DNA of 64,000 nucleotides from an uncultured Pseudohongiella sp. (GTDB lineage Bacteria; Pseudomonadota; Gammaproteobacteria; Pseudomonadales; Pseudohongiellaceae): NCBI GenBank assembly GCA_965228725.1, contig OZ245834.1, positions 674,198 to 738,197 of the forward strand, read 5' to 3'. Shown piece by piece: positions 62,371 to 64,000 of this stretch (position 1 is its first letter; each line of letters starts with the position of its first letter). The notes under the pieces were generated by a model. It saw only the letters and a program-made list of their open reading frames with translations, ran no database searches and was not told where the DNA came from. The position numbers and the translations under genes were made by a program.

Positions 62371-62754
62371 TTACTGATTTGCTGCCACAGACGCGGCAAC
62401 AGTGAAACTGAAAGAGTTGGTGACGGTGTGGCCATCGCCACCGATCACTGCCCAGTTAACGGTGTAGCTACCCGCGTCGAGATTCAGGTCAGTGAGCGAG
62501 TAGTTGGTGAGGGTTTCCGCGCTTGGCTTGAACGAGGTTGAAATAACCTTGCCTGCGCTGGTCAGTTCCAGTTTGATCAGTCGAACTGCCGCTGTAAATT
62601 CCAGATCGATGCCGGATTGCATCGCCTGCACGGTGGCTCCATCGGCTGGCACGGAAGTTTTCAGGCCAGTATGAGCAAATGCCTGCAACGGCAGAATGAG
62701 CAAGCTTGCCAGTACAACCGTCCGGAAAATCAGTTTCACAATAGTCATGGTCAC
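62371..62754 (-). CDS. copC: copper resistance protein C (periplasmic Cu-binding)
   Basis: Signal peptide ending ...AFA|H (mature N-terminal His), ...GSYTVNWAVIGGDGHTVTNSFSFTV. Confidence 0.85.
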   Translation of the reverse strand: MTMTIVKLIFRTVVLASLLILPLQAFAHTGLKTSVPADGATVQAMQSGIDLEFTAAVRLIKLELTSAGKVISTSFKPSAETLTNYSLTDLNLDAGSYTVNWAVIGGDGHTVTNSFSFTVAASVAANQ

Positions 62755-62966
62755 ATCCCTAAATCGTCAGGAGTTGTGGTTCGCGCAGGGGCTCGCTACA
62801 GGTTGCAAACCTTGCAAACGCTGCTCTGCGTTTCGCCCTGCCCGAGCAGAAGTCATCGGACTCGCCGATGACGGTATAACGACATTATCTCAATCCAGCG
62901 AGGTGCCGCCAAGCGAACAGCAGCGATCCGCCTGTGACACATTGTCGCACCAGGCCACGAGCAATC

Positions 62967-63686
62967 TTACTGCCGTTCCCATACCCGGGAGAGTGGTGAC
63001 AGCGTGATTTCATCGATAACCGTTGTCGCTGGTGCGGCGACCACCTGCATAATGGTGGTGGCAACCTGATGAGGCGTGATGACGTTTTCAGGTGCGGCAC
63101 CGGGGCGATAGTGCAAGTCATCGAAAAAGGCAGTATCGGTAGCTCCCGGATTAATCAGCGTGACTCTCACCCCCGCACGATTGCATTCATCACGCAACGA
63201 CTGGGCAAATCCACGCAGGGCAAACTTGCTTGCACAATAGATACTGCCCTGTCGCGCGCCATTGAGCGCAGCTTCCGACCCCATGAATACAAACACGCCA
63301 CTGCCCTGCTTCTTCATTTTTGGCAGCAAGGCTTTGCTCAGCATCGCATGACTCATGAAATTCGTATTCATACAGACCTGCAGATCGTCGAACGAGAGTT
63401 GCTCGAGAAATGCTATCTTGCCGATGCCGGCATTGTTGATGACGGCGGCGATAGGCAGGTCGATACTGTCCACCAGCTCAGTAAGCCGTGCTGGCAACTG
63501 CTCAATGTCTGACAGATCGATTGCCTCAGTTCGCAGTCGATCATGGTCGAAGACCGGGTCATCGAAATGCCGCGAGATACCCAGCACCCAGTAGCCTTGT
63601 TCCAGCGCCAGCTTGACCGTGGCCAAACCGATTCCCGAAGAGGCTCCGGTGACGATAATCATTTGCGCTTCGTTAACTACTGCCAT
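62967..63686 (-). CDS. short-chain dehydrogenase/reductase (SDR)
   Basis: TGASSGIGLA, NNAG, YCASK catalytic motif. Confidence 0.9.
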   Translation of the reverse strand: MAVVNEAQMIIVTGASSGIGLATVKLALEQGYWVLGISRHFDDPVFDHDRLRTEAIDLSDIEQLPARLTELVDSIDLPIAAVINNAGIGKIAFLEQLSFDDLQVCMNTNFMSHAMLSKALLPKMKKQGSGVFVFMGSEAALNGARQGSIYCASKFALRGFAQSLRDECNRAGVRVTLINPGATDTAFFDDLHYRPGAAPENVITPHQVATTIMQVVAAPATTVIDEITLSPLSRVWERQ

Positions 63687-63758
63687 CCTGTTGACTCATT
63701 TAGGCGCTGAACAAGGTGTCGGGCATGACTCGAACTGATGGCTCTGCAAGCAATTGTG

Positions 63759-64000
63759 CTAGAGAGCACAGCGGTAGTACTGTCGTTCGCCGACATAATT
63801 CAGCAAGTTTTCTTCTATTTTCCGCAACAGGTTTTCTCCCCCATCGCGCAAACTGGCGACCCCATCATCTACCTGAATTTCACGCGCGTAAAGTGCCTCA
63901 TCGGGATAGAGTTTGGCTATCGATTTGTGAAAACCCTGGGGCATACGAAATTCCCCCATGCTTACCGAGTGCAGCCGGTCGACATCGAGGCGATTGAAAA
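63759..64000 (-). CDS. 3' part of a hypothetical gene (open to window edge)
   Basis: The frame stays open upstream of the ATG at 63959 (…FNRLDVDRLHSVSMGEF…) up to position 64000. Confidence 0.4.
   Translation of the reverse strand, partial: FNRLDVDRLHSVSMGEFRMPQGFHKSIAKLYPDEALYAREIQVDDGVASLRDGGENLLRKIEENLLNYVGERQYYRCAL

Noticed and set aside
1-64000. tRNA, rRNA, IS elements, transposases or integrases
   Set aside because: I saw no T-loop/acceptor-type patterns, no rRNA-like stretches, and no ORF with transposase or tyrosine-recombinase motifs. The mobile character of the left part rests only on the attC-like repeats.

Overview
The window appears to be a proteobacterial chromosome segment made of two compositionally different parts. 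All protein-family calls rest on motifs I could read by eye. No homology search, RNA model or folding calculation was run.

**Left part (1 to ~13.8 kb).** This part is visibly AT-richer: spot counts of single 60-nt lines gave about 33-50% GC, against about 63% near 19 kb.
- Positions 1 to ~8.25 kb look like an integron-type gene-cassette array. About 13 short same-strand units mostly encode small secreted or membrane proteins. Each unit is followed by a 54-84 bp attC-like imperfect palindrome (YRTAAC-AATCAGYT ... GRGC-GTTnnnn). No integrase lies in the window.
- At the distal end of the array (9570-13555, minus strand) is a tightly packed three-gene operon, and it is the most interesting candidate here. 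It encodes:
  - a ~390-aa coiled-coil protein with a central hydrophobic hairpin (ClyA/Hbl/Xax-like architecture);
  - a 610-aa protein with no signal peptide that carries a MACPF/perforin-like signature (YGDHLIEGVRTGG);
  - a signal-peptide protein with a triple beta-trefoil-like repeat plus a coiled coil.
- This operon is flanked by degenerate attC-like sites, so it may be a giant inverted cassette. I read it as a possibly undescribed composite pore-forming toxin or abortive-infection module.

**Right part (~14.5-64 kb, GC-rich).** It carries ordinary and accessory genes:
- a TonB-dependent receptor with a PepSY-type membrane protein;
- two PQQ quinoproteins, one with a cytochrome c partner and a D-Y-D lanthanide-type signature;
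- an islet rich in SAM-methyltransferases and DNA-alkylation-repair-like genes;
- ppa;
- a MacAB/HlyD-type ABC exporter;
- an MBL-hydrolase fused to cNMP-binding domains, next to a hotdog protein;
- fused FO synthase (fbiC);
- a lipid head-group operon;
- a MotA-like/MotB-like/small Cys-His protein trio resembling a Zorya (type II-like) anti-phage system with an unrecognised third gene;
- SURF1, a thioesterase, nfsA, a class-C-like serine hydrolase, a DegP/Q protease, a CadC-like regulator, copCD and an SDR.

No rRNA, tRNA or CRISPR array was recognised.
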